From: an uncultured delta proteobacterium
Lineage (GTDB): Bacteria > Desulfobacterota > RBG-13-43-22
Assembly (NCBI GenBank): GCA_963790475.1
Contig: CAWBOS010000006.1
Coordinates: forward strand, 672,001 to 736,000
Length of the DNA stretch: 64,000 nt
Direction: 5' to 3'
How positions within the stretch are numbered: position 1 is the stretch's first letter; each line of letters opens with the position of its first letter. The notes below the pieces were generated by a model. It was not told where the DNA came from and did not search any database. It saw nothing but the letters and a program-made list of their open reading frames with translations. Shown piece after piece: positions 37,856 to 48,749 of the stretch. The position numbers were made by a program, and so were the translations under genes.

Positions 37856-40150
37856 ATGCCTTCATCATCCGCTAAATCTCGTGTTCGTCCCAAGCCAAAA
37901 AAACGTAAAAAATTTTTTAGCCGGCTTTTGCTCTTTATAACGATCTTTGTGTTGGTCACCTCCTTTTTGTCCGGTATTTTCTATCTGTTCCTGCTGTTCC
38001 AGTTACCGAACATTAAATCCTTGAGCGATTATAATCCCCCCCTGGCCACCCGGATTTTATCAGCGGACGGGACCGTGATCGGATACCTTTTCAAGGAAAA
38101 AAGGATTCTGGTATCCCTTTCCGAATTGCCTCCCCATTTGATTCAGGCCTTCGTCTCCTCGGAAGACGCCCGTTTTTTTAAGCATCGAGGGGTGGACTTT
38201 TTAAGCATCCTACGGGCCCTGTGGAAGAATATCTGGGCCGGAGAGATCGTTCAGGGTGGAAGCACCATTACCCAACAAGTTACCAAATCCCTCCTGCTTT
38301 CCCCTGAAAAGAGCTTTTCCCGAAAAATCAAGGAGGCCGTTCTTTCTTACCGTTTGGATCAAAATCTTTCCAAGGAAGATATCCTTTATATTTATCTCAA
38401 TCAGATTTATCTGGGGCATGGGGCTTATGGGGTGGAGGCAGCGGCCCGGACCTATTTCGGGAAAAGGGCCCGGGACCTCTCCTTAACCGAAAGCGCTATC
38501 CTGGCCGGTCTTCCTCAAGCCCCCAGCCGGTACTCCCCCCTGCTTCATTTACAAAAGGCCAAGGAAAGACAACGATACGTTCTCAATCGGATGGTCGAGG
38601 ACGGCTATATTTCCGAAACCGAGGCCCGGACTGCGGCCGAACTCCCTGTTTCTTTCAACGGCAACCAGGAGCCCAATTTATCTATCGCCCCTCATTTCGT
38701 CGACCTGGTTCGAAAATATTTATATCAGACCTGGGGTTCGGAATTTGTTTTAAAGGCCGGCCTGGTGGTCCAGACTACACTGGACCTTTCCTTCCAGAGG
38801 GCGGCGATGGAAGCTGTCCTTAATGGGACACAGGCCGTTCAGAGTCGTCATATATACTCCAGGACCATCAAAAACATTCCTCCAGAAGAATTCGACAACT
38901 ATTGCCCGAAACAGGACCAGCCTATCCCCGAAGCCAACAGGAAGAGACCCGAATTCACCAACGGGTTGGTGGTTCAAGTAGATCCTATGGCCCAAACCGC
39001 CAAAGTCTGCCTGGGTCAGGAATGGGCGGTCTTACCCCTGCCAAGGCTGGCGCCTTCTTCCTCACAGGTCAAGGGCCAAGGGGATGATGAAGGGCTGATA
39101 AAAATGGAACCTCCAGCACCGCCTTTTAGGGTCGGAGATGTCGTTCGTTTGCGCCGGGATCCGGTCAGTTTCTCCTGGACGATTTTAGATCAAAATCAAG
39201 TGGAGGCTGCAATACTTTGTGTTGAAACTCGGACCGGATCAATAAAGGCCCTGGTCGGGGGAAAAAATCACAGCCAGACGGAATTCAATCGGGCGGTGCA
39301 AGCCAGACGTCAGCCAGGTTCCTCTTTTAAGCCGATTATTTATGCCGCCGCCCTTGAAAAAGGGCTTACCCCGGCCACGGTCCTGATGGACAGCCCCATA
39401 TTTTTTCGGGGGTCTCCGCCCTGGGTTCCCCAAAATTTCGATCATAAATTTCTCGGCCCAACAACTTTAAGAACAGGATTAATCCAATCCCGAAATATCG
39501 TTTCCATCAGGATCCTTCAACGAATCGGGATCCCCTATGCCATTAACTTTGCCAGACAGCTGGGCATTTCCTCACCCTTATATCCCAATCTTTCCCTGGC
39601 CCTGGGTTCTTCCGCGGTCTCCCTTTGGGAGATGGTTACGGCTTACAATTGTTTCCCGAATTTAGGCCAGCGACTAGCTCCTTATTATATCCAACAAATC
39701 TTCGATCGCAATAAACAGTCGGTTTATACCTATATGCCTAAAGCGGAACAGGTCATGGAACCCTATACCGCTCATACAATGAACCAGCTTCTTGAAGCTG
39801 TCGTCAAAGAAGGAACCGGCTGGAGGTTGAAGGCCCTCGGAAAACCTGTGGCCGGGAAGACCGGAACTACCAATGACTTTCGCGATGCCTGGTTTATGGG
39901 GTTCACCCCTCAATATACGGCCGGTGTCTGGGTGGGTATTGACGATTTAACCCCTTTAGGACCGGGGGAAACCGGGGCCCAGGCGGCCAGTCCAATCATC
40001 CTGGAATTTTTCCAAAAGGCCCTGTCCCAAATACCCGCCCAAGAATTTCCGCTCCCCCAAATCCAAGAAAAAGATTCCGGGGCATTTCAAGACCTGCAGA
40101 GAGATTCTAAGGGGTTTCGAGAAGGGCCACTCCACCGGGATATTGAGTGA
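37856..40150 (+). CDS. mrcA: penicillin-binding protein 1A
   Basis: EDARFF.H.G, GGSTITQQ, RQPGSSFKP and GKTGT motifs. Confidence 0.92.
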   Translation: MPSSSAKSRVRPKPKKRKKFFSRLLLFITIFVLVTSFLSGIFYLFLLFQLPNIKSLSDYNPPLATRILSADGTVIGYLFKEKRILVSLSELPPHLIQAFVSSEDARFFKHRGVDFLSILRALWKNIWAGEIVQGGSTITQQVTKSLLLSPEKSFSRKIKEAVLSYRLDQNLSKEDILYIYLNQIYLGHGAYGVEAAARTYFGKRARDLSLTESAILAGLPQAPSRYSPLLHLQKAKERQRYVLNRMVEDGYISETEARTAAELPVSFNGNQEPNLSIAPHFVDLVRKYLYQTWGSEFVLKAGLVVQTTLDLSFQRAAMEAVLNGTQAVQSRHIYSRTIKNIPPEEFDNYCPKQDQPIPEANRKRPEFTNGLVVQVDPMAQTAKVCLGQEWAVLPLPRLAPSSSQVKGQGDDEGLIKMEPPAPPFRVGDVVRLRRDPVSFSWTILDQNQVEAAILCVETRTGSIKALVGGKNHSQTEFNRAVQARRQPGSSFKPIIYAAALEKGLTPATVLMDSPIFFRGSPPWVPQNFDHKFLGPTTLRTGLIQSRNIVSIRILQRIGIPYAINFARQLGISSPLYPNLSLALGSSAVSLWEMVTAYNCFPNLGQRLAPYYIQQIFDRNKQSVYTYMPKAEQVMEPYTAHTMNQLLEAVVKEGTGWRLKALGKPVAGKTGTTNDFRDAWFMGFTPQYTAGVWVGIDDLTPLGPGETGAQAASPIILEFFQKALSQIPAQEFPLPQIQEKDSGAFQDLQRDSKGFREGPLHRDIE

Positions 40151-40210
40151 AACAATATAGTCTGTGACGGATGCCAAAATAAAAATATTTCTTTGTTTCC
40201 AGCCACAACA

Positions 40211-40255
40211 AAAAAAGCCCCTTGCCTTCCGTTTCTGAAAGTCAAGGGGCTTTTT
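40211..40255. terminator. bidirectional rho-independent terminator
   Basis: AAAAAAGCCCCTTG...CAAGGGGCTTTTT between convergent genes. Confidence 0.8.
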
Positions 40256-40277
40256 CGTGAACTCGGGTTAAAAAATA

Positions 40278-40946
40278 TTAGATATCTTTAAGGGAATCTT
40301 TGATTACATAGAGGAGGATAAAATTTTTATCCAAATCTTCGGTCAAGGCTTTTAATTTGTCCTCAGGTATATCTTTGATTCGGATATACACATGACGGCA
40401 GTTCTCCTCACACATGTCATAGGAGGTCAAGATGCTGACCATCCGGCCACCGTGTTTTCGTATAACATCAGCCACATCTTTTATGGAGCCTGGGCGATCT
40501 TCCAGGTTAAAAGCCAATTGGATACCTCCCCGATAAATACCGGTCAGGGAAACCAGGACCTTGAATATGTCCCCCTGAGTGATCACCCCAACTACTTTCC
40601 CCTTATCATTGACTACCGGCAACCCTGAAATTCGATGTTCCAGCATCTTAACGGCTGCCTTCTCCACCGTTTCTTCAGGCCCGATAGTAACTACATTTTT
40701 TGTCATGATATCTTTTATTTTTAACTCTGAAAGCAGGTAATACAATTCATGAATATCTAACGTGGTGGCCTTGGAAGGGGATGCTTCTTTAATGTCCCGG
40801 TCGGTAACCATGCCGATCAATTTTCCTTTATGCAAGACCGGCAATCGGCGGACATTATTTTCCTTCATAATCTGAGAAGCCTTCATCATGGAAGTATCTT
40901 CGTCTATGGTAATAACGTCGCTAGTCATCCATCCTTTAACTAACAT
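40278..40946 (-). CDS. CBS- and ACT-domain protein (AcuB-like)
   Basis: ASPSKATTLDIHELYYLL, paired CBS domains, EDRPGSI ACT domain. Confidence 0.88.
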   Translation of the reverse strand: MLVKGWMTSDVITIDEDTSMMKASQIMKENNVRRLPVLHKGKLIGMVTDRDIKEASPSKATTLDIHELYYLLSELKIKDIMTKNVVTIGPEETVEKAAVKMLEHRISGLPVVNDKGKVVGVITQGDIFKVLVSLTGIYRGGIQLAFNLEDRPGSIKDVADVIRKHGGRMVSILTSYDMCEENCRHVYIRIKDIPEDKLKALTEDLDKNFILLYVIKDSLKDI

Positions 40947-41370
40947 GAGTTTTCCTCCGCTGATATTAGTAGTTTAAAGCCTTGGCTTCCCGAAATGATT
41001 CAAAAAAATCCTATTCCCATTTTTATTGATATATTATTATGATTGCCAAGATTGTCAAGTTTTATTTGGAACAAGGATGACCTCCCTCAGGAGATTGGAG
41101 GATCCGGCTTCAGGCGGATTTCCGGCTGGTATAAATCTTTTCTTGATTTTCAAAAGCGGATCTCTCTAAGTGGAGCCTTTTAACAGAAAAGGGGCAAGCC
41201 CAAATAACCCTTGACAGGCAATCCCCATTTTTTTAAAGTTGCTCATTGCCTAATCTATTATAATTGTTTAACAATAAAGTAGTGGGAGCCAAAGAAGCCT
41301 TACATCGTTTTTTTTTATCAGGTCTTATTGTTTATTTGATTATCTTTGGGAAAGTTAGAAAACTTCAATC

Positions 41371-41901
41371 ATGCCGGATCGTGAATATGAAATCATGTAT
41401 CGGTTGGAAAACACTCACTGGTGATTCGTGGCCAAGAAAAAGTACATCAAAATTATTTTGGATTGCCATTTGAAAGATAGAAGAGGTAACATCCTGGACG
41501 ATGAGGAAGTGCTTGAGCAGATTCATGAGTTGCTGGATCCCAACAGGTTACTATTAATAACCGATTCGGCCTTTGAATTTTTAATGAGTACCCATGATAT
41601 TGCGGTAATGGCCAGGCACCGCTATACCTTGAAAGAACTAAACACCAAATTAAGATCATCCCATTTTTTAATACAACAGAGTACTTATCTTTATTTCACC
41701 ATTTTTCCCATTGTTGTTCTATTCAGGGTATTGGGAAAACTGGGCTTGATTTTCTCAAAGCCAACCATTCAATCCGATTTAAAACAAACCAGCCCCTATC
41801 TGAATAAATTTCTGGTGGCTTTTGGGTTGGGAGGCAAACTTACTCAAACTTTTAACTTTCTCTGGGGATCATCGCTGGTGATCTTGGGGGAAAAAAGGTA
41901 A
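41371..41901 (+). pseudogene. SAM-dependent methyltransferase pseudogene
   Basis: MPDREYEIMYRLENTHW*FVAKK with TGA at 41422-41424; SAM-binding motif deleted; HRYT motif retained. Confidence 0.7.
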
Positions 41902-41904
41902 CCC

Positions 41905-42270
41905 ATGTCCCAATTACTTTTGATTTTGGCCTCGGTGGCCTTGACTTCCGTCGGCCAATTATTTTTTAGGAAAGGAATGATGATTTTAGATCATTCTCAC
42001 CAGCACGCTTCCATGTGGAAGTTAATGGGCTATGGTCTTATTAATGGCTATGTCCTCCTTGGATTTTTGTCTTTTGGGGCCGGAGCTGTTTTGTGGCTGG
42101 CCGTTCTGGCCAAAGAAGAGGTTAGTTACGCCTATCCCCTATCCAGCCTGGGATATATTATCGTCCTGATCGGCTCTTTCCTTTTATTCGATGAACATAT
42201 CTCCCCGGCCCGGATCATTGGGGTGCTATTGCTTATCTTAGGGGTTTTTTGTATAGCATATAGCCGTTGA
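41905..42270 (+). CDS. small EamA/SMR-like membrane protein (ArnE/F-like)
   Basis: GQLFFRKG, VSYAYPLSSLGY and LFDEHIS motifs. Confidence 0.85.
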   Translation: MSQLLLILASVALTSVGQLFFRKGMMILDHSHQHASMWKLMGYGLINGYVLLGFLSFGAGAVLWLAVLAKEEVSYAYPLSSLGYIIVLIGSFLLFDEHISPARIIGVLLLILGVFCIAYSR

Positions 42271-42431
42271 ACCGAGGTAAATTTCATTTTACTTACCATT
42301 GAAACAACACAGCAAAAAGATTAAATAGATTTATAGACTTACAAAGATATTATTGATATATTCATTCTATCGCCGTTTGTCTTGGATAATGAGAATAACC
42401 TCCGAGGGATAAGAGGAAAAGATACAAAACA

Positions 42432-42860
42432 ATGATGAATAAGCGGGTTAAAGAGGCTATCTTTCGGCAAGTAGGCCGGGAGCCGTTTGCTGAAAAGTTC
42501 GGTTTGAAACTGGTTGATCTCGAGGAGGGCTATTCCAAGGTGACCATGGTCTTCACCCCGGACATGGAAAACATATTTGGCATGGCCCACGGAGGGGCTG
42601 TTTTCGCCTTGATCGACGAGGCCTTTCAAACCGCCTGCAATGCCTATGGTACGGTAGCCTTAGCTTTAAATATGAATATCACTTATATTGCCTCTCCGGC
42701 TCCCGGAAACCAACTGACGGCCGTGGCTCAGGAATACAGCCGGACTTCTAAAACGGCAAATTATGACATCCGGGTGAATGACAACCAGGGAAATTTGATC
42801 GCTTCCTGTCAGGCCCTGGCTTATCGCAAAGGGCAACCTTTGCCATTCTTGGAACCGTAA
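42432..42860 (+). CDS. PaaI-family hotdog-fold thioesterase
   Basis: NIFGMAHGGAVFALID motif. Confidence 0.9.
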   Translation: MMNKRVKEAIFRQVGREPFAEKFGLKLVDLEEGYSKVTMVFTPDMENIFGMAHGGAVFALIDEAFQTACNAYGTVALALNMNITYIASPAPGNQLTAVAQEYSRTSKTANYDIRVNDNQGNLIASCQALAYRKGQPLPFLEP

Positions 42861-43008
42861 GCTATCAAAAAAACTTTTATTAGGCTATTATTTTCTGATT
42901 GACGGGGGACACCATTTCCGATACTATTTCAGTCTTGATTTTTGAATATTTGATCAATAATATGAGCAGGATAAATTTTAACTCCATAAATCAAAAGGAA
43001 AACAACTC

Positions 43009-43692
43009 ATGCAGGAACCTCAAAAAATCATCGAATCGGCTTTAAAAGAAGGCAGGACGACTCTATCGGAGTATGAATCAAAACTTGTTCTTACCCATTA
43101 CCAGATCCCTATTGCCCGGGAAAAACTGTGTAAGAACTCAGGCGATCTAAAAGAAGCTGCCCGGGAAATTGGATATCCCCTGGTTCTAAAAGGCAATGCC
43201 CCGGATATCGCCCATAAAACCGAAAACGACCTTATTCGGCTTGATATCCGAAATGAAGCGGAAGCAGGGCAGGCCTTTAATGAAATTATGGAGCGAATGA
43301 AGGGAAGTTCAGGAACAGTTTTAGTCCAGGAGATGATCAAAGGAAAACGAGAATTTTTGGCCGGTCTGACGCGGGACCCTCAATTCGGACCTTGTGTCTT
43401 GTTTGGTCTGGGTGGGATATTTACCGAAGTACTTAAAGATGTTTCTTTTCGGGTTGCCCCCTTCGACAGGAAAGAGGCCCTGGAAATGATGGGAGAAACC
43501 AAAGCCCACAAACTGTTGGAAGCTATCCGGGGCATGGAGGCCGTTGATAAAAATGTTCTGGCCGACATCCTGGTCCAACTCGGGCAAATTGGATTGGAGC
43601 AAGAAAAAATTAAAGAAATCGATATCAATCCTTTGATAATTTCGGGAGCCAGACCCGTAGCCGTTGATGCCCTTATCGTCCTTTCCTCCTAA
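43009..43692 (+). CDS. ADP-forming acyl-CoA synthetase beta subunit (ATP-grasp)
   Basis: GYPLVLK, HKTE, DPQFGP and EIDINPL motifs. Confidence 0.9.
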   Translation: MQEPQKIIESALKEGRTTLSEYESKLVLTHYQIPIAREKLCKNSGDLKEAAREIGYPLVLKGNAPDIAHKTENDLIRLDIRNEAEAGQAFNEIMERMKGSSGTVLVQEMIKGKREFLAGLTRDPQFGPCVLFGLGGIFTEVLKDVSFRVAPFDRKEALEMMGETKAHKLLEAIRGMEAVDKNVLADILVQLGQIGLEQEKIKEIDINPLIISGARPVAVDALIVLSS

Positions 43693-43770
43693 CGGACGAC
43701 TTCCTGAGTCATTGTTCTGTTGTTAAACCCTCATGTCCGGCTGGGGCGCCACGAACCATGAGAATGACCC

Positions 43771-43799
43771 GTAGAGGCGGGTTTGAAACCCGCCCCTAC
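43771..43799. repeat. GTAG-type REP palindrome
   Basis: GTAGAGGCGGGTTTGAAACCCGCCCCTAC between convergent genes. Confidence 0.75.
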
Positions 43800-43841
43800 A
43801 AGGCCCCAATTGAGGTTAGGGGCGTTGAAAACAGTATAAAG

Positions 43842-44474
43842 TTAAGGTCTTGGTCTTTTCGATCGAAGAGACGGATCCAGGGCCTGCGCCGGATTGAATT
43901 CCTGCTGAGTCCATTTGGGGGCCTGCTTTAATTCCAAGGCCATTTGGGCTAGAACCGGCGGGGTATGCCATTGGGGTACCACTGTTGTCCTAAACTCTCC
44001 CGCCACCTGGCCCGACAGAATGAAACCCATGGATTTTTTTATCTCCGTAATTGAAATCCGAACCCCCGCCCACCGTCCGTATAATTCCTGATCCAAAGGG
44101 CCTTTGATATCCATGGCCAGATAATCAATCAATTTTTTGGAAATCAGAAACGCCAGAACCTCCGGCCGGGTGCCATTGGTATCCAATTTAACCGCCAACC
44201 CCAGCCCATGAATCCGATCCAGAAGTTCCGGCAAATCGGGATGGAGGGTTGGTTCGCCTCCGGTGATGCAAATCCCATCCAACCAGGGTCGTAAGGCCTT
44301 TAACCTTTGCTGCACATAATCCCAAGGATAGACGGCGAACCGTTCGGGGTGCAAAGCCAGCTCATGGTTATGACAAAAAGGGCAGCGAAGATTACAGGAA
44401 GGCAGGAAAAGGACGGCACAAATCTTCCCCGGCCAGTCAAGAAAAGAGGTCTCAATAAAGCCTTTAATTTCCAT
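43842..44474 (-). CDS. nrdG: anaerobic ribonucleotide reductase activating radical-SAM protein
   Basis: CNLRCPFCHN, ITGGEPT and KLDTNG motifs; downstream of nrdD. Confidence 0.92.
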   Translation of the reverse strand: MEIKGFIETSFLDWPGKICAVLFLPSCNLRCPFCHNHELALHPERFAVYPWDYVQQRLKALRPWLDGICITGGEPTLHPDLPELLDRIHGLGLAVKLDTNGTRPEVLAFLISKKLIDYLAMDIKGPLDQELYGRWAGVRISITEIKKSMGFILSGQVAGEFRTTVVPQWHTPPVLAQMALELKQAPKWTQQEFNPAQALDPSLRSKRPRP

Positions 44475-44712
44475 TCTGATGGCTTAAATATTTTTTAATC
44501 GGAATGGCCCCGATCACCGCCGAGCTGTCATCCAGGATTAAGATGGGTAATTCTTTTTGAGCCGTTTCGATCAACTCGTGCCAAGCCAAATGGGCCAGGG
44601 CCTCGGGATTATCCTCGCCGAGAATCTCTTCCTGAATTCCAAGGGAAGGAAGATTAAAATGATCTTTGATGTAAAGACATTTCTGGCAATCCGCCTTGGT
44701 AAATAAAGTCAT
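44464..44712 (-). CDS. glutaredoxin/NrdH-like CxxC protein
   Basis: LFTKADCQKC and ELPILI motifs; AGGAGG RBS; between nrdD and nrdG. Confidence 0.75.
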   Translation of the reverse strand: MTLFTKADCQKCLYIKDHFNLPSLGIQEEILGEDNPEALAHLAWHELIETAQKELPILILDDSSAVIGAIPIKKYLSHQNGN

Positions 44713-44734
44713 ATTCAGCCTCCTTCTATAATAA

Positions 44735-44823
44735 TTGGAGTGATGGGTTTTTGGAGTATTGGGCATTGGATATTGATTTAATTTGTTCCATTCCTCCAAT
44801 ACTCCAGTAATCCTTTACTCCCA
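44735..44823. repeat. inverted 8-mer array (TGGAGTAT / ATACTCCA type)
   Basis: TTGGAGTGATGG..TTGGAGTATTGG ... TTCCATTCCTCCAATACTCCAGTAATCC. Confidence 0.6.
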
Positions 44824-44883
44824 CTGGTTTGCATTGAATTAACTCGTCCTGAATTAAGCAGATCGGTTGTAACTAATAAAAAC

Positions 44884-47031
44884 TCAGAGGGGGTTTTCCA
44901 CTGGACCGGGAGCTACTCCCTCCCTTCCCTGAAAATACGGGCTGTTTCTATATCGATCTCTGAGTTCCCCGATTTTTCCTTTATTCCAACTAGAGATTTT
45001 GGTGAAATATCCGGTGATGCGGGTAATTCCATCCACATCGGAAGATCCGCAATAAGAGCACTTTTCTGCCAAGCCCCGCGAGGTTTGCCCGCAGGCCCGG
45101 CAGGTGGTAAATTCCGGTGAGAAGGCGATCTGATCGTTCTTGGTCAGCCTGAAGGTCTTGATAATAAAATTGGACAAGGATTCTTTATCGGGTTTTGATT
45201 CCCCGATCCAGATATGAGTCAGGGCACCCGCTTCAATCAAAGGATGGAACAGTCCTTCATAACGGACCCGATCCACGGGGTTCATAGGTACCGAAACATT
45301 AAAAAGGGTTGAATTGGTATAATAGACTTCTCCCTGGGACTTGTTTCCCTTAATCACTTTTCCGGCCTGCTCCGGATATTTTTGGATATCCAGCTTGGCA
45401 AAACGATAAGCGGTACTTTCAGCCGGTGTCTGTTCCAGTACAAAACGCATACCGTGTTTTTGACCGAACCGGTCGGCTAACAGCTTCATATAGGCAATAA
45501 CCTTGAGACCGAACTTGATGGCTTTTTGAGATTGATGGAGTTCCTCTCCCGTATGGTACTGGACCAGCTCATTCAGCCCCACCATACCGATCAGGTAGGT
45601 GGCCCGAGATGGGCGCAGATAGGGCGAGCCATCCTGGTTCATGGTCAATAGAGATAAGGGGCCCTTTTCCCCGAGTGAAAGGAGTTTAAGGATAAAGGCG
45701 CTTTTCTGTAAATGCGCTTGCACGGCCAGTTCGACACTTTCGGCCAACTTGGAAAAAAGAGCGGTATCACTCCCCTCGGCCCGGTAAGCCAGACGAGGGA
45801 AATTGACAGTAACGTTTTGAAGTGCACAATAACGCATTTTCCAGGGCTCATGGGCATCGAGTAAATCCTGGGCCTCGAGTTTAAAACTTAAGCGGCAACA
45901 TTCGGAAATCTTGGCCGTCTGTCCCCGATCAAAAACAAAATAAGTATTTCCTTTCAAGCCGGCCACCTCACAGATATGATTCAAAAACTCCTGGTGACCC
46001 GGAGTCTGGAAAAATTTCTCGGTGATATGAACCAGGGGTTTGGGGAAAAAAAACGGACGTCCGGCCCCGTCTCCCTCTTTATAAACCTGGAATAGGAGCC
46101 AAACAAATTTTTGGGCCAAAGGCAGATAATCCGAATAAGTTTTGCCCGTATATACCCCTCCCGGTCCGATAGCCGGCACACCTTCAAAATGACGGGGGAT
46201 TTCCCAGTAGAGATTGATGTCTGTAAAAATGGCCTGACCCCCCCGGGCCACGGCCTGTTGAGAGAATTCAAAGATCATCATCTGGGCCAGTTGTTTGATC
46301 TCCCGGTCCGACAACCCCTCAAGATAAGGGGCAAAAAAGAGATTGACCGCATCCCAGCCGATTGCTCCGGCAAAATGACTTTGAAGGGCCGCAGCAAATT
46401 TGACCATATGGGCCAGCAAAACCTCGGGGTGCTTGGCCGGTTTGGCCATCGATAGGGCATTAGGCAGATTCAACCCGAATTTTTTTATGTACTCCAGCGA
46501 TTGTCCGGAACAGTAGGGCCGGTCGATGAAACCCAGGTCATGGAGATGGATATCCCCCCGCATGTGGGCATCCCCGACCTTAGGAGAAAAAACATTGAGC
46601 AGGGCGTATTCCTTCTTGATCCCTTCGGCCAGGGTCAGGTTGGTGGCCTCCGGCCCGTGGGGCACGTTGGCATTTTCCTTATTGGGATGGACAATCATCT
46701 GGTCCACATCATAAAGGGGCACTCCCAGACGGGTATGCATTATCCGGGCCTTCTCCAAGCCACGTTCTATCAGTTTGGAGTCTACCAGTTCCCGGATCAA
46801 GGGGGCGGTGACCATGGAGATTTTAGTGGAAAAAATAAACTCCTCCACCTCTTTGCTGATGGCCTCGGCGGTATCAGGATCAACCAAGGTCTCCCGAACC
46901 AGGGCGTCAATGATCCTCTGGCGGTTCCAGGTAACCAGGTCCTCGTTGGAGGTCCGAACAAAGAGAGCCAGATCTGTAGTCTCTTCGACTTCCAATCCCC
47001 GATCCTGATGCAATTCGACTATGGTTCCCAT
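44884..47031 (-). CDS. nrdD: class III anaerobic ribonucleoside-triphosphate reductase with ATP cone
   Basis: IHLHDL, SECCRL, QTPAESTAYRF, YYTNS, CxxC..CxxC and TRITGYF motifs. Confidence 0.95.
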   Translation of the reverse strand: MGTIVELHQDRGLEVEETTDLALFVRTSNEDLVTWNRQRIIDALVRETLVDPDTAEAISKEVEEFIFSTKISMVTAPLIRELVDSKLIERGLEKARIMHTRLGVPLYDVDQMIVHPNKENANVPHGPEATNLTLAEGIKKEYALLNVFSPKVGDAHMRGDIHLHDLGFIDRPYCSGQSLEYIKKFGLNLPNALSMAKPAKHPEVLLAHMVKFAAALQSHFAGAIGWDAVNLFFAPYLEGLSDREIKQLAQMMIFEFSQQAVARGGQAIFTDINLYWEIPRHFEGVPAIGPGGVYTGKTYSDYLPLAQKFVWLLFQVYKEGDGAGRPFFFPKPLVHITEKFFQTPGHQEFLNHICEVAGLKGNTYFVFDRGQTAKISECCRLSFKLEAQDLLDAHEPWKMRYCALQNVTVNFPRLAYRAEGSDTALFSKLAESVELAVQAHLQKSAFILKLLSLGEKGPLSLLTMNQDGSPYLRPSRATYLIGMVGLNELVQYHTGEELHQSQKAIKFGLKVIAYMKLLADRFGQKHGMRFVLEQTPAESTAYRFAKLDIQKYPEQAGKVIKGNKSQGEVYYTNSTLFNVSVPMNPVDRVRYEGLFHPLIEAGALTHIWIGESKPDKESLSNFIIKTFRLTKNDQIAFSPEFTTCRACGQTSRGLAEKCSYCGSSDVDGITRITGYFTKISSWNKGKIGELRDRYRNSPYFQGREGVAPGPVENPL

Positions 47032-47097
47032 GGTCTTTGACCTTTCCCTTTCGGTATTCCGTTCTCTCTTTTTGATCCTTTATCTTGTATGGAGGGA

Positions 47098-47126
47098 AGG
47101 GTAAAATACAATATATGGTATGTCAA
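47098..47126 (-). promoter_or_regulatory. nrdD promoter with an overlapping NrdR box
   Basis: TTGACA-N17-TACCCT on the minus strand; ATACAATATATGGTAT (47106-47121) fits the NrdR consensus acaCwAtATaTwGtgt. Confidence 0.7.
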
Positions 47127-47271
47127 GGAAAAAAATGGAAGATCCGGAGGTTGCCTTCTAAGCCCTTTTAATCAAAAGGATTTTAGTTCATTTTTTTTAG
47201 GGGGGTTAAAAAGGATCGGCAGGAAACTTCTTTGTCGTCAATTTATGGTGACAAAACATCCAGTATTTTCA

Positions 47272-47620
47272 TTATGATAGGGAATTGTTACCAGGGTCTC
47301 GACGCTGAACCTTGCCCCTGGCCAGAGATAAAAATATGCCGACAAAACAAAGCGTTCCGTTGATAACCAAGGCAATTTTCACACTTTTAAGGAAAAGGGG
47401 ATAAAGGTGCGGCGTGATACTTACCTTGCCCATGAGAATAGAGAATATCATCATAGCCATCCCCATACTGAACATTTGTCCGATCAACCGCATGGTCCCT
47501 ATAGTTCCGGAAGCAACTCCGTAGTGGCGCCTTTCAACTGAACTCATAACCGCATTCGTATTGGGGGAAGAGAACAGGGGCGAATCCGAACCCCAGGAGC
47601 AGAAGAGGGAAAACAATATA
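47272..47620 (-). pseudogene. C-terminal remnant of a DHA2-type MFS transporter
   Basis: LFSSPNTNAVMSSVERRHYGVASG...RLIGQMFSMG; upstream part absent. Confidence 0.75.
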
Positions 47621-47828
47621 GGAAAATCCGGTGTGAACACCGATGAGGATAGGTCCTCAATTCAGCATGAAAATAGACACGAAGCCTGAGGCAAGAGGAA
47701 TAAGGCGAGAATCGAGAGAGCATTTTGCAAAAGTCCAGTAACGGAATTTGCAAGACCGGTAAGAATTTCGATAGGTAGAAAAATTTCTTTATACCGCACG
47801 CCTCTGGCCTCGTCCCTCAGGCCTGGTC

Positions 47829-48746
47829 TTAGTTAAGATAGGTTAACCAGGACCGGTAGCAGTCTTCTTCCCCCTTAACGGCTTTAAAGAAACTATTTTG
47901 TATTTTTTTGGTGATTGGACCGGGACGGCCCGTCCCAATCTGGCGGTTGTCCACTTCCCGGATGGGGGTGATCTCGGCCGCCGTCCCGGAAAAGAAAGCT
48001 TCATCGGCCAGATACAACTCATCCCGAGTAAACCGTTCTTCGACAATTTCTATCCTTAGGTCACGGGCGATGGTCAGGACCGAATCGCGGGTAATCCCGG
48101 GCAGGATCGAAGTCAGAGGTGGGGTTTTTATTTTTCCTTTTTTGACCAGAAATATATTTTCCCCGCTGGCTTCGGAAACGTAGCCTGCGGTATCCAACAT
48201 GATTGCTTCATCATACCCATCCCGGGTCACCTCTCTTTTAGCCAGGATGGAATTGACATAATTGCCGCAGGTTTTGGTCTTGGTCATCATGACATTGACG
48301 TGGTGCCGGGTATAGGAAGACACTTTGACCCGGATTCCTTTTTTAAGCCCTTCGTCCCCCAGATAAGCCCCCCATTTCCAGGCGGCGATGGTCAGCCGCA
48401 CGGGATTATCCTTGGGATGGACTCCCATAACCCCGTCCCCGATAAAAACCAGGGGCCGGATATATCCATCCTTCATGCCGTTGACTTTCAGAATTCGGCA
48501 GCAGGCCTCCCGGATTTCCTTTTGGCTGAAGGGAATCTCGATCTCCATGGCGTGGGCCCCGCCAAAAAGCCTTTCCACATGCTCCGGAAGCCGGAAGATG
48601 GCCGACCGTCCATCCGAGCAGAGGTAGCAGCGAATCCCTTCAAAAATACCCAGGCCGTAATGCAAGGTATGGGTCAAGACGTGGATTTGGGCCTTTTCCC
48701 AGAGAACGAACTTTCCATCCAACCAGATCTTTTTTTCTTTTTCCAT
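47829..48746 (-). CDS. ilvE: branched-chain amino acid aminotransferase
   Basis: THTLHYG..FEGIRCY, K..GNYVNS and GTAAEITP motifs. Confidence 0.93.
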   Translation of the reverse strand: MEKEKKIWLDGKFVLWEKAQIHVLTHTLHYGLGIFEGIRCYLCSDGRSAIFRLPEHVERLFGGAHAMEIEIPFSQKEIREACCRILKVNGMKDGYIRPLVFIGDGVMGVHPKDNPVRLTIAAWKWGAYLGDEGLKKGIRVKVSSYTRHHVNVMMTKTKTCGNYVNSILAKREVTRDGYDEAIMLDTAGYVSEASGENIFLVKKGKIKTPPLTSILPGITRDSVLTIARDLRIEIVEERFTRDELYLADEAFFSGTAAEITPIREVDNRQIGTGRPGPITKKIQNSFFKAVKGEEDCYRSWLTYLN

Positions 48747-48749
48747 TTG

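Noticed and set aside
18209-41424. TGA at expected Trp positions in two genes (18209 and 41422), suggesting recoding
   Set aside because: Both genes carry other lesions (a frameshift, a deletion), and many intact genes here end in TGA, so these are ordinary nonsense mutations
44713-44799. N-terminal extension of the redoxin ORF
   Set aside because: It derives from the 8-mer repeat array; a strong RBS marks the ATG at 44712
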